A DNA stretch of 64,000 bases from the NCBI GenBank assembly GCA_008632985.1, contig QPGO01000088.1, positions 1 to 64,000 of the forward strand, read 5' to 3'. The notes below the pieces were generated by a model, which saw only the letters and a list, made by a program, of their open reading frames with translations, was not told where the DNA came from and did not search any database. This document shows positions 51,561 to 63,392 of the stretch, one piece after another. This DNA comes from Psammoneis japonica. Its lineage: Eukaryota. Position 1 is the stretch's first letter. Each line of letters opens with the position of its first letter. The translations under genes were made by a program, and so were the position numbers.

Positions 51561-51974
51561 ATCTTGATCTTTGCACGGCAACAATGAGAGCAGTGTTGCT
51601 GTTTGACAGTGCAACCGTCATCTGGGTCATGTTGAGACAGCCAGCCACTCTGTTTTTCTCTGTGACATTGCATGGGTTGTTGTCAGCAACATTGAAATTT
51701 GAAAATGCATTTGCACATGACAATGAACAGTCCAACTTGTTTTTTGACATGGCTGTCATTGCGTTCCAACGGAGATGATGTCCTTCATTTTGACAGCAAA
51801 TAAAAAAGAACAATGTTCACTGTAAATGCCAGATAAAAAATCAAAATGCAGACACGTCATGCCTGCAAGAATCATCCAAATCTGGAAGACAATGTAATGT
51901 TTGCCATTTTCCCACCATTTTTTGTGTGTTGTTCTTCTTTTCCCTTCTCATCCACAAAGACCAGGACGACGAGC

Positions 51975-52275
51975 ATGAGTCTTGATGAAGGCCCTGTCAA
52001 CATTGACCAGAGAACCATTGGGCAACGGCATCAGCATGCAGACTTGGTCAGTTGCTGGCAGCTTGATCACAAACGAAACAACTGGCTTTCAATGCCTGAG
52101 AAGACCCAGCACTCACCCAAGTTGCGGGTTGTCCCTGTCAAAGCAATTGGGGACAATGTTTTGGTTTATGAAGAATGTCCAGGAGCAGTGGAAGCGCAAG
52201 AAAAGGCCCCATTTGTTTGGGCTGCACAGGACAGAAGGAAGTGTTGGTCAGATTTGTTTCTAAAATGGGGCGCAC
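51975..52275 (+). mobile_element. C-terminal fragment of a Plavaka-like transposase
   Basis: PKLRVVPVKAIGDNVLVYEECPG..VWAAQDRRKCWSDLF resembles remembered C-termini of Plavaka-type ORFs; catalytic part absent. Confidence 0.4.
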
Positions 52276-53404
52276 ATGTCAATCTGTCACTCACTCACAG
52301 TGATGTCACCTGACTCTTTCTTGCAAACATGATGAATTTGATCCTTTCAGAATCAGCAAAGTCATTGCGGTGCACGTGAAGCAGTGCGGCACGAGCACCT
52401 TCCGTTGCTTTTGTTCTGATGTCTTCTTCGGAAACTCCAAGACAAGCTTCTTCCTGATCGGAAGGCTTTCCCAACCACTGTTCTCGTTGTTCTTGGGTCA
52501 TGAGGTTGCTTGCAAAGAACACACTTGCACGGCTCTTTGCAGCATCCTTGTCCATTGTGCACATGTTGAACACAGCCAACAATTTCTTCCATTGTTTGAC
52601 AACCTGGAAGAAGGTTGCAAGAGTGGAGGGAATCACTGTGTCCCTCCCTTCTTCGTTTTTGGAGAGCAAGGCCCGAAGATCAGTTGGATTTTGGAAAAAT
52701 TGAGTCATCCAAAATGACTGTCGCACCACTCTCCATCTGGCATCCAGCAGCAGTCCAACATGATTTGGTCGAACCCATGATTGTCAAAATCAACAAGTTT
52801 CTCAAACTGCTGCTTGACTCTCTTGACGAAATCTCTTGCTTTCACATTGCAATTTAAGTGCAGATCATGATGTCCACCTTGGAGAACAACTGTTGGAACG
52901 ACGTTTGTGACTGTTTTGTTAGATTCCTCAAATGCCATTGCGCGGGCCTCATCTCACCTGTGTTGGTCGGACGACACCAAGGCCACCCCCTTCTCAGAGC
53001 ACAATTCTTGAGAAGACAGTTGCCTTGCATTGAGCGGACGGGTCATCCCCAACCACAGCACATTGTGTGTTTCCCCGTCAGTTTCGTTGCTTGTGAAACA
53101 ATCTCCCAAGTTGCCATGGTCCTCTTCACCCTCGGAGCAATGTGCAACTTGGTTGTGCTCATCGTCAATGGGCTCTTCGCTTTTGTCCTCTTCACCCATG
53201 CAAGTGGTTGGAAGTTCACTTGTTTTCTCGTCAATTGACTCCTCCTCGCAATCGTCACTTTTGTTCATTGTGAATGACAACAAATCACCGGCAGCCTTCT
53301 TCCTGTTAGAACGAGAAATCAATGTGACAATGTTGGCACAATCAGACAAAAAACAAATGTGATTGCCATGAAAAAGCAACCTCTCTTTGCCATTCCAGTT
53401 CGGC

Positions 53405-55708
53405 TCAAACTTCATCAATCGACACGAACGGGACTGGCTCCCATTCACACCTTCCAAACCACTTGATCATTGATTGCCCATCAGAGAACAAGAGCAACAG
53501 ATGCTGTCCACAACAAAAGACATTGCAGATTCCCATCTTTTCACGAGCCACACTCAGGTCACACAGCAAAGACTCTGGGCCATTCTTTCCACAGTCTTCC
53601 AAATCAAAATCACCCTCCATCCGTTCCAAGAGCAAATCGCGCTCCTCCACCGGGACCTTCATTTCCTCCATTTGCTTCGCCGCTCCCAACTTGGCTGCCG
53701 GATGGACAAGATTACGAAGGTCAGGGTGAGGATGGATCCCCGTGCCACACAGCATCAACATCTGCGTGGAGTTCATGCATCTGAACTCTCCACAATCAGC
53801 ACCTGCATGATCCCATGTTTGGACCACGGTTTGAAACATGTCCTCGATCACCTTGTGGTCAAACGTTGGCATGCCAACATTGTCATTGATCCAGTCGATG
53901 ACAACAACCAGTCCGCCAACAAGCAAATCCATCAAACCGTTGAGTTTCGTCCCACACTCTGCCGCGTGAACCTCCTCGAAATCGAGTCCCGGGCTCTGCA
54001 TGCATCGGTTGTTGCGATCCCCCGCAATGCTGCCGAATGGCCTCGCAGCTTCTCTGAAGCAATGAAGGACACAATCGCCAGCCATGAAAGGACGCTTCAC
54101 AGCATCTGTGTTGCACAACAAGCAGCAAAAATGGGAGAATCCGGTTTGACACCCAGCCACAACGGCGCAACGAAAGCAATCGTGTGCACCAACCTCATCG
54201 AGGTTGTCGATGATTGCCGAACAACCGCGCGAGAAATTAAAGTCCTTCACGATGGCAAAAGGATGACGTTTCCTTGGCATGACAATGACGGGGTGCTTGA
54301 CTGTGTTGGACGGAAGATTTGGCTTGCCAATTTCCTCTTCCACCCACACAGAGTGAGGGTCAAGGAAAAAATCTTTGATGTTTCTGTGGGTTGGCTTGCC
54401 CAACGGAGGACGACAAGGGCCGCGGCATCTCATCATTTCTGCAGCATGTGACAGATCAAGTTTTGCGAAATGACCATGCACACGCAATCAGAACTCGGCA
54501 CACCCATGCACTGAACTGACACAGTTTCCAGCATTGCCTTTGGATGCAGTGACAACCTTCAACGACCAAGAGCGACCAACAGCGTCTCGCAGTGACGAGC
54601 AAAGAGCACCAGTCTTGGTGCACCCATCCATGCCACAATCCTCTTTGTCAATGTGCAGCTCGGTTTTCGAACCAACGGATTTTTTGCGGGACGACGAGAT
54701 GCACTTAACTTGAATTTCCATGCCTTCCCTTCTAACATGCTTGGCTCCAACCATCTTACGGAGCTCAGCCGCGAAAAGACCATCGCGGCATGGGTCATGG
54801 AAGGAACGCATTTCTTTCAATGCAACAAGATTAATTTCGTCCTCGCAGAGTTGCACGGCGTCCAAGATTGAGGCTGTCATCAACTGCACATCCTTTGGAA
54901 GCTTCTCCCACTTGTCCCTGCCAAAGACAGCACCAGGCTTGTGAGTGGGTCCCACTTCAGCTGACTCACCGTCTGCGACTTCGTAATTCTGGCCGCAACA
55001 ACCAAAACAGATCCAACAGCGCAACTTGCATTCTGGTCCATCCCTTTTTTCGTTCGGCTCGCCATGTTCCAACACTGCACGGAGTGTTGACGACACACTG
55101 AATTGCAATCCAAAAAAGCATTTCTGATGCATCTTGTCCGTGTGTCGCAAATGAGTGACAACGTCGGAAAAATGAGAGGTTGACTGGGTTGGGTGAGCAA
55201 TCGCAACCATCAATTCTTGCGTCGGATCATTGGGAGCCATGCTGTTTTCAAATCCATGCACAAACTTGCGGAGGTGATTCACCAAGTGGAAATCAGAGAT
55301 GCTGTGGAGTGACTGGTGCTTGACACAGTTCCCCCCAAAGGAACCGGAAATGGGGGTTTCCTCAAAGATGACAAGGTGAGAATGTTGTGACTTCACCTCA
55401 CCCGGAATCGCAAATGGAGATGGTTCAGGAAACACTTTCACAAGCTCTTCTTTTGTGAAGTTGTCTGGCGGAGGAGGAGGCGGCTGACAAGTTGCACCGA
55501 GGGTCGGCCACTTTGTTTGGGAATGTTCAAATTGTTCCTTGAGAGTCGGCACATCTTGGAGAATCAGCGATTTGTTCTGAGAAACATCAGAAGGTTCACC
55601 ATCTTTGGGGTTTTTGAGACTGGGGCTTGAGGAGCAAAGGGAGGCGGCTAAAGAGGTGGCAAGAAGAACAGAAGAATTGGAGACAAGAAGAGGAGCACAA
55701 ACAATCAA
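53405..55708 (-). pseudogene. Large element-borne ORF (~766 codons, one in-frame TGA) with HxD and ExxLC motifs
   Basis: ORFs 54488-55708 and 53405-54487 abut in frame, separated only by TGA at 54488-54490. Only one Tyr in 766 codons. Confidence 0.6.
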
Positions 55709-55745
55709 TCAAACAATGTGATGGATTCATGCCATTTGGATTTTT

Positions 55746-56828
55746 TCATTTCCGAGCATTTTTCACAACGGATGGAATTGCACCGCCGATTTCTTTCTTC
55801 TTGTGCTGAGCGGCAAAGTCACGAAGCCTGGCTTTCCACATGGCCTCAAAACGATCCCTTGCAGCCTTGCTTTCACCGGAATCGTCAGCGGCAGAAACCA
55901 CACGATCAATTTTCACACATCTTAAAAGAGTCTCATCGACATGTGTTGCACGCATTTGTTCTCGCTTGACATCGAGCATGGCCAGTCGCATGGGCTTTTC
56001 CCAAGAATGTTTGTGTTGGTGGAACAACGACTTTACGAATTCAGGGAAGGACACAGGGCATTCGTCTTTGGTCGTCTCACAGTGACCAAGAGCCAGGAAA
56101 TTCTCCAAAAAGTTGATGTAAGTCGATGTCTCGTCACATTCGCTGAACAGGGAGTGCAGCCAACAATCGCAATCACCATTCCTTTCAGGTGCGCATGGCA
56201 GAATCTTGTCACAAAGAATCAAAAAACCAATGTGAGGGCATTGCGCGTAACGCAAAACCTTCCCTTCAAAACTTCTCAGCTCAATGTGCTTGACAAGTGG
56301 CTCTCCCTTTGGGTCGCACAATCCGGGATCATGGAGAAGCTTGTGCAACATGGATGTCTTTGCCATCATGTTGGTTGCAATGTCTGTTGATTTTGCCGTG
56401 TCACCGACGACTTTCATGTCCTCCACTTTGGGAGCACAGCGATGCTCCAACGCATGAGGATGTTTGGCGCCTTGACTGGAACAACTCCATCCTTTTGCAG
56501 AAAGAAAGTGCAGCAAGCTCTTGCACCCAAGTTCCTTTGCAACAATGCAGTTCACAGCCATCAGCTCTACAAAAAAATGAGGTCTGCCCTTTGACTTTTG
56601 CCACACATGGGCAAGCGCGATCCAATTCGGAGAGGGATCATAAGTGGAATCGCGGTGAAACTGAACCTTGGATTTCACTGTCTTGATTGTCGCTTTGACG
56701 CAGCTCCGCTCATTGCTGTCCATCACTCCAAAACCATTGGCAAAGAGAGATTCAAGTGCGGCCTCCTCGAGGCAGGAATCATTGTTGTCTTGCGACAGAG
56801 AGGCGACCGACAGGTCACGCGGCGCCAT
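55746..56828 (-). pseudogene. Element-borne hypothetical protein
   Basis: Open frame from MAPRDLS.. (~360 aa) with protein-like composition, same strand as the downstream ORFs; no family recognised. Confidence 0.4.
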
Positions 56829-56886
56829 GGTTGCTGTTCCAACACCAAAAAATCTGGTTTCTGTAGAAATGTGCCAGAGTGGTGTG

Positions 56887-57022
56887 TGGGAGAAGTCACA
56901 TGCACGCCTGGTGCGATTTGGAGTTTTAAACACAAAAACCTGCCAGACGCGCATGTGACTTCTCCCAGGGAAATCCCACAACCTGCCAGACGCGCGTGTG
57001 ACTTCTCCCAGGGAAATCCCAC
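56887..57022. repeat. 43-bp direct repeat x2 plus a 25-bp inverted partial copy
   Basis: aacctgccagacgcgc(a/g)tgtgacttctcccagggaaatcccac at 56937-56979 and 56980-57022; tgggagaagtcacatgcacgcctgg at 56887-56911 is its reverse complement with 2 mismatches. Confidence 0.9.
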
Positions 57023-58204
57023 GTGAGACCACACCGGGAAAGGGCAATGCGGAGTGTAGAATTGATGGAAGAAAATGTTGTGCGGAACAGCATCAGGAGA
57101 AAGGGTGCATGTGCTGGAAAACAACATGGATTTCTACATGCGCGCCAAGGTGCGTGAAAAACACATGGGTGCCTTCAAGTGATGCATGCAAACAACAATG
57201 AAGAAACATTCGGAAATGGAGACAGCACAGAGAGAAGTCAGAAACATGGATCCAAAACAAAGTGACACAACAGAAAAAAAAACAACAACAACAAGAGATG
57301 AAGGCGACGGCGACGGGATCAATGAAAAAGAAGGATTCAGATGGAAAGACGCCAGAGACGGTGAAAAGAGGCGGCGCCAAGACGAGGAAGGAAGAGAAAA
57401 ATGGGACGGGCAAAATGAAGAAAGACAAAAAGAAGCCGACAACATGACGTCAAGAGGGGAGCAGCGATGCGATTCAGCGTTTCGAGGGACCTCTTCCTCT
57501 TGATGATGTTCACCCAAATGCAAGAAATGCAGTGTGGCTTTTTTGGAACGGTGACGAGGAAACATCCAACGCGGCAGCGGCACATTTGAAATTCTTGCAA
57601 GAGAGCGGACAAGACACATGGAATGAAGAGGACGATGCGGACGACTGGGCAAATTGGAGCACAGTTGTTGATCAAATGATCAGTGCACACTTTGCATGAT
57701 GAAAATTTCATTGCATGCAATTGCAATGTTTGGCTTGTCGTCAAAGATCGTCAGTTGTTGTGAAAAAGGCAGAGCACAAAAATTAAAAAACATCTGTGTT
57801 CAAACATGAAGAACAGCAGGAGATTGATGATCAGCTAAATGACAAAAACCGTCATGTGCAGACAAGCAGATTTTACAATGTGGCAACATGTTTTTGTCAT
57901 GTGTGCAGACATTGCAACATCGTGCACTCTGATGTTGCAGCCACCGCACCTTTGTTTCCACCTTGAAGCCCAAGGCAATCAGCACCTGACCCAGGCACAT
58001 CAGAACCATTCCAGTTTCCCAACATCTTGAAACCCTTGCAATCGACGTTCGCTCCCGGCATGAACTCGAAGGCAGCCCCATCATCCACCTTGAGGTCAAC
58101 GCAGTCAATGTTTGATTTCAAAATGCAGTTTCCAGCCAGCAGGGTTGCAGTCTTTGGCCATTGTCACAGTTGGCTCTGCATTGCAAACGGGCAATGAATG
58201 CTTT

Positions 58205-58294
58205 GAACTCTTCAAAGTCTTTGAAATCTTTTTTCCACTGGATTTGCCAGAACTCTTCAAAGTCTTTGAAATCTTTTTTCCTCTAGATTTGCCA
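58205..58294. repeat. Tandem duplication, 45-bp unit x2
   Basis: gaactcttcaaagtctttgaaatcttttttcc..gatttgcca at 58205 and 58250. Confidence 0.95.
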
Positions 58295-61099
58295 GACTTG
58301 AGCTTGAGATTTCTGTGATGTTGCCATCCAGCTTTTGCGGTGCCGTGCTCTTCTTTGGGTGATTCTTCGTGACGCTCATCGCCCTTGCAACTCTCAACCT
58401 TGGTTGACACCCATTCTCCAAACTCAGCCTGTCAAACAACAAAACGATCGACCGGCATTTTTTCAAAAGACAACAGCAAGAATGTAATGGATGAGACGCT
58501 TTGCTTTGGTTGTTTGGCCATTCACGCATTGGATGAGTCCTTTCATTGGATTTTCCGATTTGATGACAGCAGACTGGACTCTGCTGCAACAAGGTTGGCC
58601 TGATCCAGTGCTTCAGAGATGCTGGGCTTTGTCTTGTCCTTCCTTTTTTCACAGCAAGTGCTTGTGAACATCAGCAAGAATGTGAGTTTTCAGTCCATTG
58701 ACAATGACAGCATCAAGTTGCAACTTTGCAGCCACAGAGAACTTGAGCTTGTTGTCCAATTCACACTCGGTGTCCTCCCCATGCATTTGAAGCAAGCATC
58801 ATCACACACTTCCACGGTCTTGCTTGCAAAGCACCACACAAAAAGCTGGAACTCTCTTTTGCGAATGTCTCCTTGTTCTTGCCTGAGATGGCAATGATTG
58901 GTGGGTGCAATGGAAACAATGCTCAACATGTCTGGTTGTCGACTGAACGAGAACCAGCTCTGTCTGTGAAACAAAGAACCGGACAGTCAGCAAAGTGGCA
59001 CATGGATCCGCAAGCGTTGGAGATGCAACTTCAACAGTTGCACACAATCAGCAGCATGCCACGTGGGGATCCAAGATGATCAATTTTGCTCTGCTTGAAA
59101 GTTCAAGATGTGGAGCCAGTCACAACCTTGAATTTGAAAAGGCTCTTGTGCATCATCCCTGAAGACCCAGCAAGTCTCATGGCTCACCAGAAGAAAAGGA
59201 CATGAAAAAAACCTGTGGTGCACATGGCCATGGCGCAACGTCTGCCACGCCGTGTCATGCACGTCTTGCTTGATCAACTGTGCTGGTGCAGCAGACTGAG
59301 CACATTGCAACACTCTCTGCCGGGGGGCAACTTTGTTGTCCATCTCATTGTGGCAGTGCAAAAGCAGTCGTGGATGATGCCAAAATAAAGAACAAAAAGG
59401 TTTGGTGGCAAATTAAGATGTGGAGGCCACACTCCAGCAGACAAGACAAAGCACAAAGTGCAGCTCTTGCGTGTGTCAGTGAAACGATCTAAAATGTGCG
59501 AGCATTTTTGAAAGACACCAGGAGAGAAGATGGAGGACCAGAACAAAAAGAAGATCTGCTCATCTTTGATCATAAAAAATTCAAGAAACAGGCAGCCCCT
59601 GCATTGAGCCCCCATTGGCTGTAACAAGAATGGTGTGGAGCTTGTGGCAACAGAGTGTGGGTCAGGGATGGCACACCTCACAAACTGTTCTTGATGGGTT
59701 TGTTCTCTTTGCAAATCTTTCACACCACTGCAGACAACAACAGCAGGCAAAAACTGCCAGGCAAAAGACAGCAGCAGTGAGCCCCCCTCCCCAGCAGGTG
59801 TTTGTTCAAGCTGCCCAGGTGTGGAGTGTGATGAAGGCAACCCAGTCAGCGGGATCAACCAAGGTGTGCACCTGGCAACTGCGCCTCTGCTTCAGAAATG
59901 CAGCTCTCACATGCTGGCATTTGCCTCACATTTTTTTCTGCACCCTCACATGCCATGGTGGGGAGCCAGCCTGGCATGCATGACACCTCTGAGCTGAGAG
60001 TGAAATGCGCTGTGGTGCTGAGCAAAAAATTGTTTGAATTCTCACCCGCGTCCATTGTTTTCTTGCTGTCTTGAGTTGCACTTTGGGTGCCAGAGACTCC
60101 CTTGAGCTGAATCACCCCCCAAGGATGAGAGACAGCATGTGGCACATGACACAACCAGCAATCTATCCACACATGGGATGGTGTCTCAGACAGAGTGCTC
60201 AGCAAAGAGTCTCTTCTTGCAAGTGCAAGAAGAGACTCTCTGCGGTGTGTGGCAATGCTGCACTTTTTTAAAAGTCTTTCACAAGCTGGCTGCCCAGGCC
60301 AAAATCTGGTGAGAAAATGAGAGTGCAGACGGGGCTGCAGGAGAGGTCGCGCTCAGCTCACAGAGTGGAGTTTTGCGCTGGCTGTTGCTGGCAGTGGTGG
60401 TGGTGGTGCCTGGGCCATTGTGCTGGATCGAGGTGATGCCAACCACACAACAACTGGTCCTGCACTCAGAAACCAAAGTGATGGCTCCAAGACATGTGTG
60501 GTGCACAGCCGTCATTGGGCATGCCAAGCTCTGAAAAAAGCCAGGGTGCCATCAACGCAGCAGGGTCATCTCCAAGCAAATGCTTGCGCAGACAAACAGA
60601 AAGTCAAACAGATTGCTGGTCAGACACTCCTTGACTTTTTTAATCTTGCTTGCTTGTTTTGTTTCCCTTGCCTACAAAATCTCTGCCTGCCCAGGAGAAA
60701 TCAGAGAAAAATCGCCATGATTTGGACGGGACAATGAAACCCGAGGTGTAAGTCGTGAGGTTGGTGGTGCACCGGTGCTGTAGGAATAGCGGCCAGACGG
60801 CGAGACTCCAGAAGGAATCTATGGGCACAACATCGTACGAGCGATGGTGGTGTTCGCATAACATAAATTTATATTAATCCCGAATATAGAAGATAAATCA
60901 TAAATTTCAGAAAAATTCAGAAAGAACCAACACCACACAACAACGCCGCTCGCCAATGGCAGCATGTCGACGACGTCGTCCGGAACTGCCGACGACTGTT
61001 TCAGGAGAGCCACTTATCGATGTCCATATTAATAGACTTGGGAATTCTCTCACCCTTTTCGTTGGCATTTGGATCGGGCGTTTCACCACAGACATGGAC

Positions 61100-61560
61100 A
61101 GGTTCTGATCCATGTGCTCCGGCACCGAGATACCAAGCTACCGTAGAGCCGACCGGCCCATTCGATCCAGTATCACCTTTGACTTCGGGTACAGTTGCAA
61201 AAGTGACTTGACCACTTTGTTGGATGCTCCACAAGTGGCTGTGTAGTGCAGTGGGAGTGCTCCATGCTTCGCGTCGTGCACAATCACGGCACGGGGTGGA
61301 ACTTGTTGAGGAATGTCTGGAGAAGGCATTTCAGGAAGTAAGAATTCAGATGCAATAAACCCTGGGGATAGGTGGATACCAGAATATCAAAAATCCGATC
61401 AACTTTCTTGCCGGGTGGCCTCTGACACGCCCAGTGAAGAGGCAGACGTCCTTTGGAATCCGCAACACGAGCAGCCTGCAGCCTCTGGACCCAAATGACA
61501 AAGAGCCGCAATGACTAAATATGGTGCAGAGAGGATAGCAATTCGATACAGCAAGTGGGT
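61100..61560 (-). pseudogene. Ankyrin-like (LPLH) repeat gene remnant
   Basis: ADSKGRLPLHWACQR, HGALPLHYTATCGASNKVVKSLLQLYP and DRMGRSAL lie in different frames. Confidence 0.55.
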
Positions 61561-62100
61561 TCAACAATATGCTCAAGGAATCCACCCAGTACTTCCTTTT
61601 GAAGAAGCGAGTAGAACTTAGAAATGTCGATTTGCCTCTGATGAGTTTTTGAGAAACATGAGCCTGCAGTTGTCCAGGACAATATCTTCTTCAATTTGCT
61701 CCTGTAGCTAAATTATTTTTGACATGTGCTCAATGATAGTGTTATCAACTAGTACGCAAAATTAATTTAGCTACTGACTTGCAGTTTTCAAGAACGGGGC
61801 CGCATCGGCTCTTTGCCATCGTCGTTTGTCGTCTTGTCTCGTGTTTCAGTGCGTGGGCGAGCGGGCAAAAACGATCAGTCGAACTAGTCAAGTTTCTGCG
61901 AACACCAAATTTATTAATTTTTTCAATTCTATATAAAGTTGATTATGGAACGGTTTCTACGGGATGTTGTGCCCATAGAATCGCGTTTCGCGATACATAC
62001 GATTCATTCACGATTTCCAGATTTCGCGATATTCGCCAATCGCCATAAGCAGCAGCACACAAACCACAAACAGCATTCGACATTCGACCACAGTTCGACC

Positions 62101-63189
62101 ATGACGATAAACGTGTATCCATCCATTGTCCATGAGGCTGACCTGGCCCCACCAGCCTTTGGTCCCGACATTGAAGACTCCGCGAACAAGATTGAAGAAG
62201 CCTGCAAAGGGTGGGGCGCTGATTACAAGAAGGTGATCTCGGAGCTCGCAACGAAAGACCCGACCGAGCGGTACAAACTGGCGTGGCGATACAAGGAGCT
62301 TCACGGCAAGCCTCTCTCGGAGCTCATGAAAAAGGAGTTCTCGGGAGACTTTGGTACCGCGATGGAGTTCTTAGCGCTTCCATCAGACGAGGCCGAGTGT
62401 GCCATGATTATGAAAGCTACGAAAGGGATTGGTTGCAACATACACGTCGTGTATTCTATTTGCTGCGGACGAACCAACGATGAAATGGAACGTCTCAAGA
62501 AGACGTTCTTTAAGATGTACACCAAAGATCTGGGGAAGCTCATGGCAAAGGAGTTGCATGGAAACATGGAACGTCTCGTGTTCAATTGTCTTCAGGCTGG
62601 CGAGGAGCCCTACGACCCCCAGTACCACACCAAAGAGCTTGCTGAAGAAGAGGCAAAACAAATCTATGAGAAAGGTCAGGGTCGCTGGTTTACGGATGAA
62701 AAGGGGATCTTTAAACTTTTGTGCAAGGCGCCCCCGCAGCACATCGAGAACGTGAATCAGGCATATGCGGAGAAGTACGGCTACACGCTCAGCAAGGCAT
62801 TTGAGAAGGAATTGAGCGGAAACCTCGCGGACGCCGCAGTTTTCACCGTGGGCATGAAGCTCAAGCCGTTTGAGACCGTTGCTCACATGATCAAGAAGGC
62901 ATGTGCAGGTCTCGGTACCGATGAGCTGCTCCTCACGTGTTGTTGCATTCGTTACCAATTCATCATGCGTGATGTTATGGCTTCTCACGTAGAAAATTTT
63001 TCCAAGGTGAGACGAACATCAACAATCCATACGAATGATTGATAGAGAACGTACAAGCTCATTGATATTGTTGCTTGCACCTTTTATATTTTGCCGCAGA
63101 CTATACACGATCGTGTGAGAGAGGAGTGTTCTGGAAAATACATGGAAGTACTCTTGGAGGTCTTAAACACAGCTTGGCCTGAAAGCTAG
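62101..63189 (+). CDS. Annexin
   Basis: Four annexin repeats (ACKGWGAD..EFSGDF, ATKGIG..ELHGN, GQGRWFTDE..ELSGN, ACAGLGTDE..ECSGKY). Exons 62101-63006 and 63100-63189 with a GT-AG intron. Confidence 0.93.
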
Positions 63190-63392
63190 GCTAAGCTCGC
63201 TGGGTTCGGTATGTACCGGTACTGTAGGATAATTTGATTGGTACTGCATAGTTTCTCTGTGTGGTTGTAATTTAGTTTTACGTTGTTCTTGGATAGTTCA
63301 TGCCCGCCGCGTAGTCTATGCGTAGGATCGTACTGTATACACCACGACTACGCGTAGTCTGTGATCAAAGACCGAACCATTCTATTCCATTA

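Larger units (their letters stand above)
39920..60740. other. Hypermutated repeat block 2 (TpA-erased; CpG loss variable)
   Basis: TpA nearly absent throughout. CpG is scarce at ~41-48 kb and ~59-60.6 kb but abundant at ~50-57.5 kb (0 TpA and 20 CpG in 53881-54180). Mosaic of decayed elements. Confidence 0.9.

Noticed and set aside
56937..58294. CRISPR-like arrays from the 43-bp and 45-bp repeats
   Set aside because: Only two adjacent copies each, with no spacers and no cas genes, in a eukaryotic context.
57800..60600. Ulp1/protease or other named cargo genes
   Set aside because: Coding-like but too degraded; no diagnostic motif found.
2005..60740. Hundreds of short overlapping Cys/His/Gln-rich ORFs in both blocks as real zinc-finger or metallothionein-like genes
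   Set aside because: They are expected artefacts of TG/CA saturation and loss of TAA/TAG stops, and they occur in all six frames.
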